Shown one piece after another: positions 59,301 through 64,000 of a stretch of 64,000 bases of DNA. The DNA is taken from positions 603,355 to 667,354 of the forward strand of contig NC_134030.1 of the NCBI RefSeq assembly GCF_964204645.1, read 5' to 3'. This stretch comes from Tubulanus polymorphus. Taxonomy: Eukaryota > Animalia > Nemertea. The notes under the pieces were generated by a model, which was not told the DNA's origin, searched no databases, and saw only the letters and a list, made by a program, of their open reading frames with translations. Position 1 is the first letter of the stretch, and each line of letters begins with the position of its first letter. Both the position numbers and the translations under genes were made by a program.

Positions 59301-62300
59301 TAAATCCCTTAGAGACAAAATCAAACACCTTCTTATAAAAAACGCCAAGAAAAAGGATGGCTAAATGCAATACAGCAGAGCCGGGTCGTATAGAAAAACC
59401 GCTGGCGATCATTCAATCCAAATTGGCAAAAAACATAGGAAAGGGTCCGGTACTCGATGGAAATATGACGTCACGGAGTTATGAAAACTAGTCACAACTT
59501 TAACCGTTTTAACGCCATACAAAAAATTGAATGCGTTGAAATTGTATTTGAAGACTGAACTTACTTCTTGCTTGCAAGTCGGGAGGCGTCTCCGGCGGGA
59601 GGGGTGCGCTGTTGCTGCTGCTGCTGTTGTTTGACAACTGTAAATAGAAATAATATATAAATCAATGCAACAGAAAATGAACACAACAGGCACTTATTAC
59701 ACGGTAGTTCAGTAGAATGAAGGGGTCTGGGTACAAAAACGTGTATTCTAAGATTACTAGTATATATTTTCTTGAGGAATTTCATAAAAATGGTTACATT
59801 AGGAGGGAAGTGAGGCATGTGAGATTGAGGGCGTCACTGATACTTACATTAAGCGACGGCGACCTTGCCTCTGAGGCAAACTGATGCTAAAATGAAAATA
59901 AAAAAAATACATTAGTCAAATTCATTAACGGTTGAATTTTTAAACATTTTCATTATGACGTTCATTAGTTCAAGGTGCTGGTTTTTTAGACAATTTCAAT
60001 AAGAGAAAAGTATTCAGGTATAGCTAGCACTATATCAGGAACGTAGCTTGAGGCGGTTCGGGGGGGTTCGAAAATTCAGTTCCTCGCAAAGAAAAATTAA
60101 AAACAGAAATGTTAAACTTACAAATATTAAAATTTGTTCATTTAATCAAAACCTCGTTAAATCAATCTCCCAGAGGCAATTTATCTGGGCACGTTTTCAA
60201 AATTTGTTTTGGTTAGGGGGCCCCGTTCTGGTCCAGTCAAACGCTACGGACCTGTCTATGGCAATAGCTAATCAACATTGATATAATTATCACCGGTCGC
60301 TGTGGTCAATACACCGTGCATTGTTAAACTTGATAGGCGTTCATTTCCTGTATATGAGGGCGCTGCTGGTTACCTCGCTTCAGTATTAGGGAATAGATGG
60401 AGCCACTTGTCGAAGCATGCTCGATTTATAAAGCTAACTCCACTGTATAGATGGCGCCACTCACCATGATTTCCACGGAAACAAGAATATATACTTAGTA
60501 AGTAGAATATGAGTGGGAAGGGTTTCAAGCGTAATATCAAAATATTGATTTGATTGGTTTAAAAATCTCCAAAACGCTTTCGTTTCACAACAAAGTTAAA
60601 CATCCGTTTTCTAACTTTACTTTACTTCACACGCCAAACAATGGGATACCCGCAGTCTTACTGTAGCAATCGAGGATTCCACTTATGGCAGGCGAGGATC
60701 CACCAGGTGTCGCTAGTAAATAGTTTGTCGTCTGCGTTCGATTTTCTTGTACATTTCAATTAAATCTGAATGAATTGTTCTCTTAAATGAATCAATTATT
60801 AATGAAAACTAAACCGATATCAGAGTAGAAGAATGAAAGTATTTCTTCTTCAAACCAGTTCAAAGTTCATCGAAAATGAACTAATTTTGACAACGAACAA
60901 CCTACTACTCGTTGCGCCATCTGGTGGAATAGCTGGTTTTGCGGGTATCCCATAAATCAAATATCACACTTATGGCGCCATCTAACGGTTAAAGTAGTTT
61001 ATTAATATAAGGTGACGAACACCTTTTAAACATTGGAACGAGGAAATACAACAGATTGATATCATACATTGACACGCGAGACCAAAGACTCTTATACAAC
61101 AGACCCTTAACTCAAAAAGTCAATATGAAAAATAGCAATTTCATTACATTTATCACAAATCTATTGATTCACAGCAGGTTCATATTTGCTGTGTTTTGAT
61201 CCAATTACAAGACCGATATCAATGTATGGTATATCAATATATTATCAAAATATTAACGGTATAACTAGGGGTGCAGGGACCCACTTTGGAAGTGGTCTGA
61301 AATGGTCGACGATCTGACATTTTCAAATTTAACTCCCCCTGGTTTAAAAGGAACCAAAGACATTGAAACTCACTACACATATACAGAACATGTCATGAGA
61401 TTATTTATAACTTTATTTATAACTAGAGCAAAAACCTGCTCTATACCGATATATATTAAACTCTGATTTCAATGTAATATAACAACAGAATTGATCCTTA
61501 AAATCTGCTAAAGTGCTAATTTTGCCGGGGAAAAAAATGGACATACAAGTGCGCCATCTTAATTCCAATTGCGCCGATATTTTGAGTTTGAGTATATAAA
61601 CCAATTATCAACACGATAAATCAAAAACTACCCGAGACAACTGGACGCAAAGTGAACGCAATAACTATAGTCCCGAGTGAGATAAAAAATAAATTAGTTT
61701 GAACTTAAAATTCAAGATCAATGTTTAATCTCTTACGTCCACGTGCTGTATCGGTGATAAATCCTGTAAAGATAAAATAAAACAAAATATTAGATGGATA
61801 TTCATGAATGCATGTATCACTGATTCAGGTTTTCAATAAAAACTGTTTCACAAATGATAGGTAAATTTTGCAGCAAATTCTCCAAGATTAGAACAAAACC
61901 AGTAGTTATATAGTAGAGGTTTTTGGGTCATGAAGCAAATGAAGTAGTAAATATAACACTTAATTTAAATGACAACTTTAGAGATAGCATCATTAATATA
62001 TGACTTCTACGATGATGAGACTTAATCGAATTTGAATTTATTCCTAATTAGCATAATTTATACATAACAGCTACTACCCTCTATTTTCAAATTACAAATT
62101 GAAATAAGCGTGATTTATTAGAAAATAGTTATCACTTACCGGTGTAGAAGAACCGCTCGGCGGCGTTGTTGGTAAAAACTGAAAATACAATCAAAGACAA
62201 TGTTAAAAACCTGATCTGATTTGTATAGTGTAAGTAAATGGTTTTGGGGTCGGACCAAATTTCTGTAAATGTGAGTGAAATCAATCGAAGTTTGTCCGAA

Positions 62301-62621
62301 CTGGTTTTTCAGTTTTTCTCCACTCGTCTATAACGGGCTATCAATCAATATGGTCGAAAGTGCAGAATGTTCCAGCTGATAAAAACTGGGTTCCAAAATA
62401 ATCAGCCCTTTGCATGTGATGATGCGAACGATCAGGCTGGGTGCACCCTGGTATAGATTTGACGATGCAGTAATGTATGACGGACATTACCTGTCAGTAG
62501 CAGAAGCAGGGTTTAATATTCTATATATATAAATTTCGGTTTCAAGCTCAAGAATGATGACTTCAAACAGGCGTTTACGATAACTTACGTCTATTCCGGA
62601 CATAGAAATATTAAATTTTGG

Positions 62622-62665
<44 letters not shown>

Positions 62666-62678
62666 GCTGCGCTGTACC
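47372..62678 (-). CDS. Uncharacterised, largely disordered, probably nuclear protein (~320 aa); at least 8 exons including 27-39-nt micro-exons; 5' end uncertain
   Basis: Exons (+ coordinates) 62589-62678 (GTA-Q16-PKFNISMSGID), 62140-62178 (FLPTTPPSGSSTP), 61737-61763 (DLSPIQHVD), 59848-59886 (HQFASEARSPSLN), 59565-59637 (LSNNSSSSNSAPLPPETPPDLQAR), 50872-50937 (TLAFRLSRAFRREEFVRIFLPE), 48899-49128 (LMNILEECPFG..RVRGRLFEGDLTE) and 47372-47764 (TRPPPKKTRTKRKRK..LSVKGY*). All have polypyrimidine-AG acceptors, all seven donors are GTAAGT/GTAAGA, and phases 0,0,0,0,1,1,0 give one 957-nt open frame. Candidate start exon ATG GTA|GTGAGT at 63274-63269. Confidence 0.75.
50317..50814. mobile_element. 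hAT-like MITE
   Basis: taggcgcggatccagg / cctggatccgtgcctg TIR. Confidence 0.7.
51392..52388. repeat. 63-bp minisatellite, ~15-16 copies
   Basis: cctaaacctgacttactggaattgtatcacatcggtttcatctcaaggtttaaatatctattc; the 21-aa periodic ORF is an artefact because TCA/TGA alternates between units. Confidence 0.97.
54866..55192. repeat. 35/26-bp minisatellite
   Basis: cctaaacggtccctcgacgtgaaagacgtgaactt units. Confidence 0.95.
55345..58700. repeat. 40/59-bp GC-rich satellite inside the DIRS relic, interrupted at 55483-56690
   Basis: ggtgatgcctggaccggaccggactggatgttcagtaccc units and longer variants carrying agttctcgaagctacc. Confidence 0.95.
55483..56690. mobile_element. Non-autonomous DNA transposon with a 5-bp TSD (TTCAG) and a nested MITE (~55768-56229)
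   Basis: TTCAG|cagggttc ... gaaccctg|TTCAG splits one satellite unit; many TTCAAGC subterminal motifs; inner ggccatcc / ggatggcc TIR. Confidence 0.8.
60641..60952. mobile_element. MITE
   Basis: atgggatacccgca / tgcgggtatcccat perfect 14-bp TIR. Confidence 0.7.
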
Positions 62679-63670
62679 CTATAAAAGAGAAAACATATTC
62701 ATACAATGACAAGAAATAGGACAGACGCGAAATCAGAGTTTATCTAACAGTTTATCTCCAGGACGGATGTGGCTGTGAAATCAAACAGTTTATCTCTAGG
62801 ATGGACACGTCTGTTAACTGTTGCCACTGGTTACCTCGAAAAAACCGTTCCTGATATAACTAAATAGTTTCCATAGCAACCAGACGAGGTCAAACAATGC
62901 AAATTGAGAGATAATAAGGTAATGGATTCGAGGGGGCAGCAGACTACAGTAGACTCGGCCACCCTACTCGGTACCCGGTTGAAATTGCATACACATTTTC
63001 TGATCCTTAACGTAAAAATCCTAAAATTTTAAAAAGTTGGTATTCGGTTAATTAATGGTCCAAATAGAACAGAGTTAAGCGGAGTCTGCTGTATCATCAT
63101 TTTGATATTGATGCCTATAATTTTAGAGAATGTCGATATTTAATGGAACAATACATTTAGCCGATCCAGAAAAATTTCATAAACGTAATTCTAACCATTT
63201 CTTCCTTTTTTTTCATTTTATTTTTTTTTTTCATTAGTGGTGAGACGAAAATGACGTCATCGACTCACTACCATCTTACGTCATGAAGCTCAAAAATAGG
63301 ATAAATGTTCTCATGTATCGCCATGGGAACGTTGGGACCCATAATTGGTGCCACTACCTAAACGTTACTGTTGCCATGGATACCACAAAGAAACTTAAAT
63401 AAATAGTTTCCATAGCGACCAGACAATGTTAAACAATGCAAATTTAGAATGGAGAGAAATGAGGCTATGGGTTGGGCAACAACTAGCAGCGCATACAGTA
63501 ACTAATCACGATTCAATACAATATTTTTATTCTTATATCTTTACTTTTAGAGAATATCGATATTTTACTAAACGATGCATTGAGCAGAAATCCAGAGAGA
63601 TCCAGAAATATTTCACCAACGTTATATTCAATATTTTTTTTTCTTTTTTTTCATTCTAGATGCAATTCAG

Positions 63671-63777
63671 GGCCTAGTTTCACAAACAGGTTTAACTCTT
63701 AAATCGATTTAATTTCTTCATTAATTCAGTTTATCTTAAATCGATTAAGGCGTTTATCCTTTTTGTGAAACTGGACC
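63671..63777. mobile_element. Hairpin MITE with CAG TSD
   Basis: CAG|ggcctagtttcacaaa ... tttgtgaaactggacc|CAG. Confidence 0.8.
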
Positions 63778-64000
63778 CAGGGGTACAAAATACTAAGTAT
63801 GGGATGAATAAATTAGCATGGAAGCAGTAAATTTGTACTTACTTTATTATACGGGCTTGAATGTGAGGGGCCCGCACCCCGTGTTTTTTTTACAGCTTTT
63901 GGCATCTAGAAAAACAAGTAAAAATATTAAATCATTTGAAAATATATCAGTCAGTCTTATTCTGGTTCAGTGAACTAATTCTCTATATGGTGCATGTAGG

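Overview
AT-rich, intron-containing metazoan (probably invertebrate) genomic DNA, densely packed with satellites and MITEs; it is not prokaryotic. I could reconstruct three spliced protein-coding genes by hand from GT-AG junctions with matching phases. (1) A 4-exon Shisa-like single-pass membrane protein on + (11952-16105, ~207 aa). (2) A convergent 9-coding-exon phytanoyl-CoA dioxygenase (PhyH)-family Fe(II)/2-oxoglutarate dioxygenase on - (23684-18274, ~309 aa). (3) An unrecognised micro-exon-rich gene on - (at least 62678-47372, ~320 aa), encoding a disordered protein with polyQ, S/T-P sites, an RxL motif and an NLS; its largest intron holds a decayed DIRS-type retrotransposon with satellites and nested transposons inside it. 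The most striking non-coding signal is a set of minimal type-I hammerhead ribozymes of the Penelope-associated kind, in three sequence families. An intact tandem pair lies in sense orientation in Shisa intron 1, while all three sense-oriented copies I found in the other two genes have damaged catalytic cores. Most ORFs in the supplied track are artefacts of tandem repeats. All alignments, folds and family calls were made by eye, without database searches.
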